From a virus: a stretch of 64,000 nt of DNA. This document shows positions 29,807 to 39,822 of the stretch, piece by piece. The stretch covers positions 20,593 through 84,592 of IMG/VR virus record IMGVR_UViG_3300036770_003738; one strand, given 5' to 3'. Position 1 is the first letter of the stretch; each line of letters opens with the position of its first letter. A program made the position numbers and the translations under genes. A model generated the notes under the pieces. That model was not told the DNA's origin and searched no databases. It saw nothing but the letters and a program-made list of their open reading frames with translations.

Positions 29807-30568
29807 ATGGCTGAAAATACACTACCTCAACTCAAGCAAGATCTCATTGATTATGTGGGCTTGATGTTGGGAAACCAAATTGTTGACATTGAACTTGACC
29901 CTGCGCACTTTGAAGCTGCTTATCAAAAAACAATAGGCACCTTCCGTCAACGAAGCAATGCTGCTTATGAAGAAGCGTATATTTTTATGGAGTTGATGAC
30001 AGACATCAACATCTATACTTTGCCCCAAGAAGTTACCAGTGTACGCCAAATTTTCCGTAGAACTTTTGGTGATGCCACTGGACCTTTTGCTAGTAACTTT
30101 GATCCGTTTGCACAAGCTAGTATCAACGTTTATCTCATGAACTTCAACGTAGCAGGCGGACTTGCGACCTATGACTTTTACAGTCAATATGTGGAATTGG
30201 CAGCCAAGATGTTTGGTGGATTCATGAACTACACATGGAATCCGGTTACTAAGAAGTTGCAGTTGATCCGAGATCCAAAAAACACAGGCGAAAATGTATT
30301 ATTGTGGGTGTGGCAACTCAAGCCTGAGATTCAACTGCTGAGCGACTATCAATCAGGTCAATGGATACGTGATTACATGGTTGCTTCTAGCAAAATGATC
30401 ATTGGCGAAGCTCGAGAAAAGTTTGGAACCATTGCTGGACCGCAGGGCGGCGGCAGTTTGAATGGTGCTGCTATGAAAGCCGAAGCTCAAACACAAATGG
30501 ATGCGCTAATCGAACAACTCAAAATGTACGTGGACGGGAGTCAGCCTCTGACTTGGGTAATTGGCTAA
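29807..30568 (+). CDS. gp13: Neck protein, T4 gp13-like
   Basis: LGNQIVDIELD N-terminus and KFGTIAGPQGGGSLNG C-terminus; TAAATA at 29783-29788, GGAG SD. Confidence 0.8.
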   Translation: MAENTLPQLKQDLIDYVGLMLGNQIVDIELDPAHFEAAYQKTIGTFRQRSNAAYEEAYIFMELMTDINIYTLPQEVTSVRQIFRRTFGDATGPFASNFDPFAQASINVYLMNFNVAGGLATYDFYSQYVELAAKMFGGFMNYTWNPVTKKLQLIRDPKNTGENVLLWVWQLKPEIQLLSDYQSGQWIRDYMVASSKMIIGEAREKFGTIAGPQGGGSLNGAAMKAEAQTQMDALIEQLKMYVDGSQPLTWVIG

Positions 30569-31289
30569 AGGACAGACTCTAATGGTTGGTTGCAGTTTTA
30601 TGTCAAGACTGCAGACTAGACACCCAGGCGACATGGGAATAAATGCTGCAAAGTATCATGTGTTGGCCAGCCCAGGTTCAGGCAACCAGGCTATTGCTGC
30701 AAGAACACAATACCAACTGGCACAAGAGCATTACGATCATGTGGTGGTGTTATGGTCCGGCATCAACAGAATTGATTTCCCAGTTAGTGAAGAACTGCAA
30801 CGCACACAACATAACAATCCCGAAGGCGATTGGGTAGCCAGTTGCAATATTGGACAAGCAGCTTGGTATCATTCCGGTGGCTTTTTGGGCACAGGAGTAT
30901 TTGGTGCAGTGCCAGAACCTGTGCAAATCTTCATGCGAGCACAGTACCTGGGCTCAGAACCCAACAGCAAATATCTAAGCGAACTCACGCTGTCTAGCAT
31001 AGTGAGCTTGCAGAGTCTCCTGCAAGCTCGAGGTATCACTTACCAAATGGCGTTTATATACAATACCCAACATGGTGATGTGGGACGCCAACAAGAGCAT
31101 GCTCACGGCAAATTAAATCACGATTCTCCACTAGATCGATTGGTAGATTGGGACAAATTCAATATGAGCAGCAATCCTTATGAGTGGGCCATGCGTCGAG
31201 ATCAGCTAGAAGGAGACCAATATCACCCTACCAGAAACGCCATGATTGAATGGTTCCGTGAGCAAATGCACATTGACATGACCCAGTAA
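30561..31289 (+). CDS. SGNH/GDSL-like hydrolase or acyltransferase
   Basis: GCSF (block I), PGSGN (block II), DQYHP (block V). Confidence 0.65.
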   Translation: MAKGQTLMVGCSFMSRLQTRHPGDMGINAAKYHVLASPGSGNQAIAARTQYQLAQEHYDHVVVLWSGINRIDFPVSEELQRTQHNNPEGDWVASCNIGQAAWYHSGGFLGTGVFGAVPEPVQIFMRAQYLGSEPNSKYLSELTLSSIVSLQSLLQARGITYQMAFIYNTQHGDVGRQQEHAHGKLNHDSPLDRLVDWDKFNMSSNPYEWAMRRDQLEGDQYHPTRNAMIEWFREQMHIDMTQ

Positions 31290-31301
31290 ATCTGCTATAC
31301 T
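31273..31301 (+). promoter_or_regulatory. Early sigma70-type promoter (leaderless geometry)
   Basis: TTGACA-N17-TATACT; ATG at 31308 lies only 6 nt downstream. Confidence 0.75.
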
Positions 31302-31307
31302 TGCTGC

Positions 31308-31832
31308 ATGGCTGATTTAATGATTGACTTAGAAGGACTAGCAACTGGTCCTGATACCTGTATTCTTACTATTGCTGCTCAGAGCTTTGATCCTTTTGGG
31401 CGAGGCTATTATGAGCAATCATACTATGCTCGAGTCACACTAGAGAGCCAAGAAAATCGTGCCATTGATCAAGGTACTATTGACTGGTGGGCCACCCAAC
31501 CAGCAGTTGTTCGGGAAGAAGCCTTTGCTGAGGAAGACCGCATACCGCTAGATCAAGCACTGGATGAACTAGGTCGACTGATCTGGCACTCTAACAGAGT
31601 CTGGGCACAAGGACCTACATACGATATGAACATTCTAGAGCATGCTTATAAAAGCTACCACAAACCCTTGCCCTGGAAATACTACATGGTGAGAGACAGC
31701 CGCACAGTATTCAGTCTTTGGCCAGACCAACCTATTCCTCCTACTAGCCATCATGCTCTCGAAGACTGTCGCAGACAGATTGGCATGCTACAACACACAC
31801 TCAGACATCTCAACGTAACTGCACTCAAATGA
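31308..31832 (+). CDS. DEDDh 3'-5' exonuclease (Rv2179c/RNase AS-like)
   Basis: MIDLE, YD and HHALED motifs. Confidence 0.85.
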   Translation: MADLMIDLEGLATGPDTCILTIAAQSFDPFGRGYYEQSYYARVTLESQENRAIDQGTIDWWATQPAVVREEAFAEEDRIPLDQALDELGRLIWHSNRVWAQGPTYDMNILEHAYKSYHKPLPWKYYMVRDSRTVFSLWPDQPIPPTSHHALEDCRRQIGMLQHTLRHLNVTALK

Positions 31833-32398
31833 CCTTACCAAAACTGCTTATTATTGGCAATGCTCGTCACGGCAAAGACACAGTATGCGACATTCTCAAA
31901 CAAGAATTTGGCTACAACTTTAGATCTAGCTCAGACTTTTGTGCTGAAAAGTTTATCTATGCAGCGCTCAAAGATCGGTATGGCTATGCCACTTATGAGC
32001 AGTGTTTTGAGGACAGACACAATCACCGCGCTGAATGGTATGACATGATTCATGATTACTGCCGAGATGACTATGCTAGATTGGGACGAGAAATCTTTGC
32101 CGAAAATGAAATCTATTGTGGCCTGCGCAACAAATCAGAGTTCCATGCCATGAAGAACACAGGTGTTTTTGATCATGCTATTTGGGTAGATCGTAGTGAT
32201 CACTTGCCTCAAGAAGACAAGAGCAGCATGAGCCTAGAAATTTGGATGGCCGACTATGTGATTGACAACAACGGAACGCTAGCTGATTTGCAACGCAACA
32301 CTAGAGAGCTGGTTACACGTCTGGTTGCAAATCACCAGGCCGCCATACAGAATCAGACTTTGATAAATCGACTTCGCAGTTACGGCACACAGTTTTGA
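31829..32398 (+). CDS. Deoxynucleoside monophosphate kinase-like protein
   Basis: N-terminal P-loop GNARHGKDT; C-terminal DYVIDNNGTL motif. Confidence 0.75.
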   Translation: MTLPKLLIIGNARHGKDTVCDILKQEFGYNFRSSSDFCAEKFIYAALKDRYGYATYEQCFEDRHNHRAEWYDMIHDYCRDDYARLGREIFAENEIYCGLRNKSEFHAMKNTGVFDHAIWVDRSDHLPQEDKSSMSLEIWMADYVIDNNGTLADLQRNTRELVTRLVANHQAAIQNQTLINRLRSYGTQF

Positions 32399-32660
32399 GA
32401 TTTTTAGACTCGCAATGAGCTAGATTTCCGTCTGCATGATACACCAGCATCTGTGCTGAATAGCGGGCCCTGAACCCGCAGCGATCACAGATCATCTTCT
32501 TTTTGTACCCAGCTGATTCCCAGCTGGGTTTTCTTTTGGGCAGTTTTTTTGCCTTGCGAATACAGTTTTCACATCTGCTACGATAGTGTACCACATCATC
32601 ACGGCGATAGTTTACAGCACAAGGACGTTGGTTACATACAGGACAAGTGGGTCTATTCAT
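32313..32660 (-). CDS. Zn-finger/HNH-like protein (start MNRPTC at 32660)
   Basis: CxxC pairs plus VYHADGN...NLKTVCRNC; minus-strand TAAATA at 32665-32670. Confidence 0.65.
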   Translation of the reverse strand: MNRPTCPVCNQRPCAVNYRRDDVVHYRSRCENCIRKAKKLPKRKPSWESAGYKKKMICDRCGFRARYSAQMLVYHADGNLAHCESKNLKTVCRNCEVDLSKSDSVWRPGDLQPDV

Positions 32661-32756
32661 GGGGTATTTATTGGTGGACCTTTGCAAAGGGCAGCGTAGA
32701 ACCGCCTTTTTTGAATATACCCATAAATATCTACAACTTGAAAAGGAAACCACAAG

Positions 32757-35700
32757 ATGGCTCTAATCTCTCCAGGCGTAGAAGTAACAGTAATTGATGA
32801 AAGTCAATACATCCCTTCGGCAGTCAACACAGTACCTTACTTTGTTATTGCAACAGCACAAAACAAAGTTTCTAGCGACGGTATAACCGTTGCTGCAGGC
32901 ACTACTGCTGCAAACGCCAACAAAACTTATCTCATCACCAGTCAACGTGAACTGGCAGCTACTTATGGCGTGCCATTCTTCTACAATACCACAACTGGTA
33001 CACCAATCAACGGTTACGAACTCAACGAATATGGTTTGCTTGCTGCTTACTCAGCTTTGGGTGTTACCAATCGTGCTTATGTACAACGTGTTGACATTGA
33101 TCTTACTGAGCTTACAGCCAGTTTGACTCGCCCTGTTGGTGCTGCTGCTGACGGTACCTACTGGTTAGACACTGCAAACAGCACTTGGGGCATATTTGAA
33201 TGGAACCAAACTACCGCAGCTTTTACTGCCGTAACTCCAATTGTGGTCACTAGCACAGCTGACGTCGAAGATGCAGTTGGCGGCGATTATACACCATTGA
33301 GCACCATTGGTAATATTGGTGACTATGCAGTGGTGCCAATCAGCAACTTTGTTACCGGTTACTACAAAAACAGTTCCAACGTTTGGGTACAGGTAGGTTC
33401 AGAAGCCTGGCAAACAGCTTGGCCGACCCTAACCGGTACAAACGCCCCATCTAGTTTAACAGCTGGCAACAACATGTACATCAACGGTAACTTGGTTACT
33501 GTGGGCGCTACTAACACAGTGGCTGGTTTTGCTGCTGTGATCAACGCAGCATCTATCGCTGGTGTTACTGCTGCTGCTGTGTCAGGCAAGCTGACCATTT
33601 ATGCTGACGCTAATGCTACCAATGACGGTTCTACTGCTACCAACGGTGTTGTGTCTATTGAACCTGGTCCAAGTTCAGGTTCAGCATTGCTCACAGCATT
33701 GGGTATCACTGCTGATGAATATCTAGCCCCGGTATACTTCCCTGGCTACAGCTACCAAAGCCCACGTTGGAGAAGCACAGACACTTCACCACGTCCTACA
33801 GGCAGTGTATGGAACAACGTCAGTGCCGCCAACAATGGCCTGAGCTTGTCACTGAAAAAGTACAGTACAGCGTTAGGCTTGTGGGTAGCACAGTCTGTTC
33901 CTGCTTTTGCTAATGATGCTTATGCGTTCGGTACACTTGATCCCACAGGCGGCGGCAAAAACATCCCTGTAGGAACAACTTATGTTCAATATGATGCTCA
34001 ACAGTATCTAACAGACCCAAATAGCTCGTTTGACTTCTTGATTCTTGAGCGTACAACTTTGGGTCAAGCAATTTATACAGGTACAACTACACCAACAGGC
34101 ACAGCTTTTGGTGTTGGTAACAGTTTCTCACTGTCTGCTACTACACAAAACAACCCGCAGCCGCTAAACACAGCAACTGTGACTATTGGCGGCACAGGTA
34201 CTGTGAGTGATTTTATTGCTGCTGTAAGCGCAGCTAATGTTCCACACGTTACTGCTAGTGTTAATTCAGCTGGTAATATTGTGTTGACTCATGCGCTAGG
34301 TGGATCTATCACTGTGAGTAACACCAGTGGGACCCCACTAACTGTAGCTGGATTTACGCTAAGTACACCAAACGGTCGCGAATCTAGTACAGTTGCTAAC
34401 ACCATTGTGTTTAGTAACTTTGCCACCGATCCTGAATTCACATATACTGCTAGCGATACCGAACCTGATCAAGACCCAGCAGATGGCCGCTTGTGGTTCT
34501 ACAGCACCGTTAGCGATGTGGATATCATGATCCAGGACAACGGTACCTGGCAAGGATATCAAAACGTGGCCAATGACGTTCGCGGCTTCGACTTGACATT
34601 AACCAATGCATCAGGACCTATTGTTGCTGCTACCGCTCCAACTACACAAAACGATGCCAATGAAAGTCCTCTGCAATACGGCGACTTGTGGATCGACAGT
34701 TCAGATCTTGAAAACTACCCTAAGATCTATCGTTGGGAACCTGTAAGTGGAGTAGATCAGTGGGTAGCCATTGACACCACAGATCAAGTGACAGACAACG
34801 GTGTGTTGTTTGCTGATGCTCGTTGGGCACCAAACGGTACTACAGATCCTGTAGCAGATGCTTTCCCAACTATCGAAAGTTTGTTGGTTAGTAACTATAC
34901 TGATCTAGATGCTCCGGACTCCACACTATACCCACAAGGTATGTTGTTGTGGAACACACGTCGTTCAGGCTACAACGTCAAGAGCTTCCAAAGCAACTAC
35001 TTTAATTCAACTACATTCCCGGATGACACATTGCCTACCGTGACCAGCACCTGGCTCACGGCCAGCGGTAACAAAACTGACGGAAGCATGTATTCTGGCC
35101 GCCAAGCACAGCGCAAGATGGTTGTAGCTGCAATGAAAGCAGGTATTGATACTAGCACAGCAGCACGTGAAGAACAAAATCAGTTTAATATTATTGCTAG
35201 CCCTGCTTATCCAGAACTGACTCCAAACATGATTGCACTCAGTAACGAGCGCAACAATACATTGTTTGTGGTAGCAGATACACCAATGCGTCTTGGTGCA
35301 ACTGGTACTGAACTTGTAGCCTGGGCAACCAACAACAACGGCGAAGGTCTACCAACAGAAGATGGTAACTCGGCAACTAGCAACTATGCTGGTGCTTTCT
35401 ACCCCAGCTGTTTGACCACAGACCTAGGCGGCAACACAGTTGTTGCTCCTCCAAGTCACATGATGGTACGCACTATCTTGCGCAGCGATGCTGTAAGCTA
35501 TCCATGGTTAGCACCTGCTGGTACACGTCGTGGTGTAGTTGACAATGCTACTGCGATCGGTTACATTGATGCAGCTACAGGTGAGTTCCAACAGATTGGT
35601 GTAAGCCAAGGTGTTCGTGATATTCTTTATGAACGCAATATTAACCCAATCACATTCATCCCCGGGGTTGGTATCACTAACTTTGGTAACAAGACCACAA

Positions 35701-36038
35701 CTACAACTACTACAGCGTTGGATCGTATCAACGTTGCGCGATTGGTTGCGTTCTTACGTGGACGTCTTGAAGAAATTGGTAAACTGTTCTTGTTTGAACC
35801 TAACGATGAGATCACACGTAACGAAGTCACTAACTTGTGCAATAGTTTAATGATTGACTTGATTGCTAAACGAGCAATTTACGACTACCTGGTTGTTTGT
35901 GACTTGAGCAACAACACACCAGCACGTATCGACCGCAACGAATTGTGGGTCGACATTGCAATTGAACCAGTGAAGGCTGTGGAGTTTATCTACATCCCAT
36001 TGCGTATCAAGAACACTGGCGAGATCGCAGCGGGCTGA
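32757..36038 (+). CDS. gp18: Tail sheath protein, T4 gp18-like (1093 aa)
   Basis: ISPGVEV N-terminus; PWLAPAGTRRG, INPI, DRINVARL, FEPND, EFIYI motifs; TAAATA at 32724-32729. Confidence 0.96.
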   Translation: MALISPGVEVTVIDESQYIPSAVNTVPYFVIATAQNKVSSDGITVAAGTTAANANKTYLITSQRELAATYGVPFFYNTTTGTPINGYELNEYGLLAAYSALGVTNRAYVQRVDIDLTELTASLTRPVGAAADGTYWLDTANSTWGIFEWNQTTAAFTAVTPIVVTSTADVEDAVGGDYTPLSTIGNIGDYAVVPISNFVTGYYKNSSNVWVQVGSEAWQTAWPTLTGTNAPSSLTAGNNMYINGNLVTVGATNTVAGFAAVINAASIAGVTAAAVSGKLTIYADANATNDGSTATNGVVSIEPGPSSGSALLTALGITADEYLAPVYFPGYSYQSPRWRSTDTSPRPTGSVWNNVSAANNGLSLSLKKYSTALGLWVAQSVPAFANDAYAFGTLDPTGGGKNIPVGTTYVQYDAQQYLTDPNSSFDFLILERTTLGQAIYTGTTTPTGTAFGVGNSFSLSATTQNNPQPLNTATVTIGGTGTVSDFIAAVSAANVPHVTASVNSAGNIVLTHALGGSITVSNTSGTPLTVAGFTLSTPNGRESSTVANTIVFSNFATDPEFTYTASDTEPDQDPADGRLWFYSTVSDVDIMIQDNGTWQGYQNVANDVRGFDLTLTNASGPIVAATAPTTQNDANESPLQYGDLWIDSSDLENYPKIYRWEPVSGVDQWVAIDTTDQVTDNGVLFADARWAPNGTTDPVADAFPTIESLLVSNYTDLDAPDSTLYPQGMLLWNTRRSGYNVKSFQSNYFNSTTFPDDTLPTVTSTWLTASGNKTDGSMYSGRQAQRKMVVAAMKAGIDTSTAAREEQNQFNIIASPAYPELTPNMIALSNERNNTLFVVADTPMRLGATGTELVAWATNNNGEGLPTEDGNSATSNYAGAFYPSCLTTDLGGNTVVAPPSHMMVRTILRSDAVSYPWLAPAGTRRGVVDNATAIGYIDAATGEFQQIGVSQGVRDILYERNINPITFIPGVGITNFGNKTTTTTTTALDRINVARLVAFLRGRLEEIGKLFLFEPNDEITRNEVTNLCNSLMIDLIAKRAIYDYLVVCDLSNNTPARIDRNELWVDIAIEPVKAVEFIYIPLRIKNTGEIAAG

Positions 36039-36049
36039 TGATGAAAAAT

Positions 36050-36086
36050 GGTGGGTGATTTTTCACCCACCTGATTCAGGTAAATA
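36050..36086 (+). promoter_or_regulatory. Intergenic hairpin plus late promoter upstream of the tail tube gene
   Basis: GGTGGGTGA-TTTT-TCACCCACC at 36050-36071; TAAATA at 36081-36086; AGGAGA SD. Confidence 0.7.
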
Positions 36087-36105
36087 AACACATAGGAGAT
36101 AACAA

Positions 36106-36729
36106 ATGGCAGTTTCATCATTACAACGCATGACAGTTCCATTGGCGAGCGATCAAAGTTCGTCAACACAGGGCTTGTTGATGCCCAAACTCAAATATCG
36201 CTTTAGAGTGATGTTTGAAAACTTTGGTGTGTCAAAACCCACCACTGAATTGACCAAACAGGTTATGAGCTTTAGTCGCCCCAACCTGAGCTTTGAGGAA
36301 ATCACTTTGCCTATCTACAACTCAACTTTGAAGTTGGCAGGCAAGCACACATGGGCAGATGCCACATGCGAAATTCGTGATGATGCAGGCGGCTCAGTGA
36401 GCAAGTTGATTGGCGAACAGTTACAGAAGCAAATGGACTTCTTAGAAATGGCTTCGGCAGCTTCGGGTATTGACTACAAGTTTACTACTGTGGTAGAAGT
36501 ACTCGACGGTGGCAACGGTGCATCAACACCAGTGGTTCTTGAAACATGGAATCTGTACGGATGCTACTTGAAGTCAGCTGACTACGGCGCACTCAACTAC
36601 GGTGAAAGCGCACCTGTTACAGTAAACATGACTATTGCTTATGATAACGCCAACCAAGGCGAAGGTCAAGGCGTTGGTACATTGGTTGGTAGAACTATTG
36701 GCGACGTGGTAACTGGCGCTGGAGCTTAA
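36106..36729 (+). CDS. gp19: Tail tube protein, T4 gp19-like
   Basis: Directly after the sheath gene; YRFRV, KLAGKHTW, WNLYGCY, IAYD pattern. Confidence 0.85.
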   Translation: MAVSSLQRMTVPLASDQSSSTQGLLMPKLKYRFRVMFENFGVSKPTTELTKQVMSFSRPNLSFEEITLPIYNSTLKLAGKHTWADATCEIRDDAGGSVSKLIGEQLQKQMDFLEMASAASGIDYKFTTVVEVLDGGNGASTPVVLETWNLYGCYLKSADYGALNYGESAPVTVNMTIAYDNANQGEGQGVGTLVGRTIGDVVTGAGA

Positions 36730-36734
36730 ACTCC

Positions 36735-37880
36735 ATGGGCAGTTTTGGCCAAGACTTCGCTAAAGGTTTTTTTGGCACCGACAGCTTGCGTGATTATACT
36801 CACGCAAGCCGGGTGTTTACCACCAATGCTTACGAACTTAAACCCAGGTTCAAGTTCCTTTTTCACGTGAGCTTCACAGTCAATTATCAGCAGATTCCTG
36901 CACTCAAAGGTGCTATGGACATTGATGATTTGACCAATATCAGCTACACAGTCAAAACAGTAGACCTTCCCAAGTACAATATCAGCCACGAGTACATGAA
37001 TCAGTACAATCGTAAAAGATTAGTACAGACCAAGATCAATTACGATCCAATAACTCTCACATTTCACGATGACGGCAGCGATACAGTGCGCAACATGTGG
37101 TACAACTACTACAGTTACTACTACAAAGATGCCAGCCAAAAATACGGCAGTACTCCTAATGCTAATGGCAGCATAGGCGCCAGTCAAAACCAGCAGAATG
37201 GCTTTGGTGGCTGGGAACGAGACATTTATTCAGACAATCGTCAGGTAAACGACTGGGGCTATATCGGTGAAGCCATGAACGATGGCACTAATAGCAGTTT
37301 GTCAGGAACCAGCGGTAAGCCTCCATTTTTTAGAGACATTAGAATTTATGGATTTGATACCAACCACAAATACGCTGAGTATGTGCTGATCAATCCTATC
37401 ATTACCAACTGGGCCCACGACCAGTACGACTACAGTGCTAGCAATGGCATCATGCAAAACTCCATGACTATTGCTTACGAAAGTATCAAGTACTATACTG
37501 GTGCTCCTAACAAGAGTGCAGTAGGCTTTGGCAAACCTGAACATTATGATACCACTCGCAGTCCTATCGCACGAGCAGGATCAACTAATAGCATATTTGG
37601 TCAAGGAGGTCTACTTGATGTAATTGGCGGAGTAAGCGAAGACTTGCAGTCAGGGTCAGTGCTAGGCGTGATCGGCGCTGTGCAAAAAGCAGGTACATTC
37701 TACAACACCAACAAACAAAACGGTGGCCTAAAAACTCTAGTGGCCAGTGAAGCTGCGGCCCTAGGCAAAGACGTTATCAAAGGTGCGCTGCCCACTGCTA
37801 CTCGAGCAGCAGCCAACCGCGCTGACGGCTGGATATTCCCTACACCGCAGGCCACACGATCAACTAATACAGGCAATTAA
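36735..37880 (+). CDS. Tube-fold baseplate protein (gp19/gp54-like)
   Basis: VKTVDLP...YDPITLTFHDD...INPII...MTIAYE tube-fold pattern. Confidence 0.6.
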   Translation: MGSFGQDFAKGFFGTDSLRDYTHASRVFTTNAYELKPRFKFLFHVSFTVNYQQIPALKGAMDIDDLTNISYTVKTVDLPKYNISHEYMNQYNRKRLVQTKINYDPITLTFHDDGSDTVRNMWYNYYSYYYKDASQKYGSTPNANGSIGASQNQQNGFGGWERDIYSDNRQVNDWGYIGEAMNDGTNSSLSGTSGKPPFFRDIRIYGFDTNHKYAEYVLINPIITNWAHDQYDYSASNGIMQNSMTIAYESIKYYTGAPNKSAVGFGKPEHYDTTRSPIARAGSTNSIFGQGGLLDVIGGVSEDLQSGSVLGVIGAVQKAGTFYNTNKQNGGLKTLVASEAAALGKDVIKGALPTATRAAANRADGWIFPTPQATRSTNTGN

Positions 37881-37882
37881 TA

Positions 37883-38245
37883 ATGAGCACAGTGAATGAA
37901 GTTAACACAAACCTTGGACAAACTGTGCGGGTGTTTGATTCTTTTTATGCATTTGACGTAAATGTTCCAGCAGCAGAATATGATGTGGTGTTTAGTTTCT
38001 TTCAGAAAGAAATGACCACTCGCAAAGCTGCTGGCAACTTCACTGTGAGCCTGTTTAGAGTAGCACAAGAAACTGGAATCCCTCCACTGACGCTGCTGAG
38101 CCAGTTCCAAGGAACAGGGGCGGGCGTGTCCATGGATGTGCAGTTGGCCTACTACTTGAATCAGATTCGCAACCGTGCTACCTTGTTGGGTGTAGGAGTA
38201 GCTGTACAGCCCAACTATTATCCAGCTAGAGCAGTACTAGAATGA
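37883..38245 (+). CDS. Hypothetical protein
   Basis: ORF coupled to its neighbours in the tail operon. Confidence 0.7.
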   Translation: MSTVNEVNTNLGQTVRVFDSFYAFDVNVPAAEYDVVFSFFQKEMTTRKAAGNFTVSLFRVAQETGIPPLTLLSQFQGTGAGVSMDVQLAYYLNQIRNRATLLGVGVAVQPNYYPARAVLE

Positions 38246-38673
38246 GTCACTGGGCACAAGGCAACTACGACATTGTTAACCGTGCCAAGTATGTGGGCAA
38301 AGGCACGCCCAGATATCGTTCAGGCTGGGAACTTAGCTTCATGCGCTTTTGTGACACCAACGACAACATCCTGCAATGGGCCAGCGAAAGCATTGCTATT
38401 CCCTACAAGCACCCACTCACAGGCAAGATGACTCAGTACATTCCTGACTTCTTGATCACATATCGCACCAGAAACAACACTGTGCGAGCCGAGCTGATTG
38501 AGATCAAGCCCAAGAAACAAAGTGTGATTGAATCAAAAATGAGCAGCCGAGATCGGGCTGTGGTTGCAATCAACTATGCCAAATGGGACGCTGCAACCAA
38601 ATGGGCTCAACGCAACGGCTTGAGCTTTAGAGTGATCACCGAAGATCAAATGTTCCACAACGGTCGAGGCTAA
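38242..38673 (+). CDS. gp4: Head completion nuclease, T4 gp4-like (TnsA-like PD-(D/E)xK)
   Basis: YRSGWE, WASE, YIPDF, IEIKP, AKW and ITE motifs. Confidence 0.92.
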   Translation: MSHWAQGNYDIVNRAKYVGKGTPRYRSGWELSFMRFCDTNDNILQWASESIAIPYKHPLTGKMTQYIPDFLITYRTRNNTVRAELIEIKPKKQSVIESKMSSRDRAVVAINYAKWDAATKWAQRNGLSFRVITEDQMFHNGRG

Positions 38674-38688
38674 GCCACTAAATATGGC

Positions 38689-39189
38689 ATGACACGCAAA
38701 CTCGAAGAGCTTTTTGACCTCCCTCCAACCACAGAAGAAGTAGACGCTTCCTTACCTGAACTACCTGCCAATCGTGAAACTCTTGCAGCACTAGACGCTG
38801 CTATAGACAAGATTGACGAAGCGCTGCCTGCTGTTCGTGGCCTGGAATCAACCGACACCGAAATGGATGAACTGGCGGGACTAGCAACTGGCAGCTACAA
38901 AGATCTCATGGATCTGGGCATGCAGGTTGACAGTCGTTTTGCTAGTGAAATCTTTTCAGTAGCATCAAACATGCTGGGCCATGCTATCACAGCAAAAACC
39001 GCCAAACTGGACAAAAAACTCAAGATGATTGATCTACAGTTGAAGAAAATGCGCCTGGATCAAACAGCCAAACCCGAAGGCGAAGACGGCACAGGCCCCA
39101 TGCAAACAGCACAAGGCGTGGTTTTAAGCCGCAACGATTTGTTGGATAGAATCGTGGGTCGTAAAGATCAAAACGATCAAAAAGAATAA
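38689..39189 (+). CDS. Hypothetical helical protein, possibly small terminase (gp16-like)
   Basis: 166 aa and helical; SRFASEIFSVASNML is loosely reminiscent of gp16; TAAATA at 38679-38684. Confidence 0.4.
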   Translation: MTRKLEELFDLPPTTEEVDASLPELPANRETLAALDAAIDKIDEALPAVRGLESTDTEMDELAGLATGSYKDLMDLGMQVDSRFASEIFSVASNMLGHAITAKTAKLDKKLKMIDLQLKKMRLDQTAKPEGEDGTGPMQTAQGVVLSRNDLLDRIVGRKDQNDQKE

Positions 39190-39209
39190 ATATAGCATAG
39201 GATACTGAC

Positions 39210-39818
39210 ATGAAACCATTTGCAAAATACCTAGCCGAAAGCGAACGCACATACAACTATCGAATCAAGATGGTTGGAGATGTTCCTGCTGGCTTTATCA
39301 AAGACCTAGAAGGCAAGCTGGCACAGTTTGACGTTGTAACAATGAGCAAACCTAAGACTAGTCCAGTGCGTAAAGAAATCCCAGACTTTCCTGCGTTCCC
39401 AAATCAAAGTATGACCATTGTGGATGTGGAGTTCAAGTACCCTGCTATTGAACCACAGATCAAGCAGTTGGCACAGCTCTTAGGCTTTGACCCTAACCGT
39501 ATTGTAATGAATACCACTCCTTACGAAGAAAGTCTCAATAGAGAAAGTGCTAAAATTGGCGAACAAAATCAGGACCTGTTAACCAACACAGACTATCCTG
39601 CTGACGACGCCGAGCAACGTGCTTTGATCAAAGATTATAGTGCAGAACCGCATGATCACGTGGTACTGAAAAATGCTTATCGCAGTGATTTCACTGTAGC
39701 TGGTGGCAAGACCGCCCCAGCAAAAACCACAAATGATTTGCCAATGGGTGACAAAAGTCCAATCAGCAACATCAAGCGTCCACCAAAACCAGCTACTGGT
39801 GCCCAACCCCGAGGATAA
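39210..39818 (+). CDS. Hypothetical protein with capsid-targeting-like N-terminus (MKPFAKYLAE)
   Basis: TAAATA at 39187-39192, AGGA SD; N-terminus resembles the T4 internal-protein CTS. Confidence 0.65.
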   Translation: MKPFAKYLAESERTYNYRIKMVGDVPAGFIKDLEGKLAQFDVVTMSKPKTSPVRKEIPDFPAFPNQSMTIVDVEFKYPAIEPQIKQLAQLLGFDPNRIVMNTTPYEESLNRESAKIGEQNQDLLTNTDYPADDAEQRALIKDYSAEPHDHVVLKNAYRSDFTVAGGKTAPAKTTNDLPMGDKSPISNIKRPPKPATGAQPRG

Positions 39819-39822
39819 TAAA

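Noticed and set aside
38242-38673. TnsA-like transposase indicating a Tn7-like element
   Set aside because: The motifs and context match T4 gp4 head-completion nuclease; there are no tnsB/tnsC genes or transposon ends.
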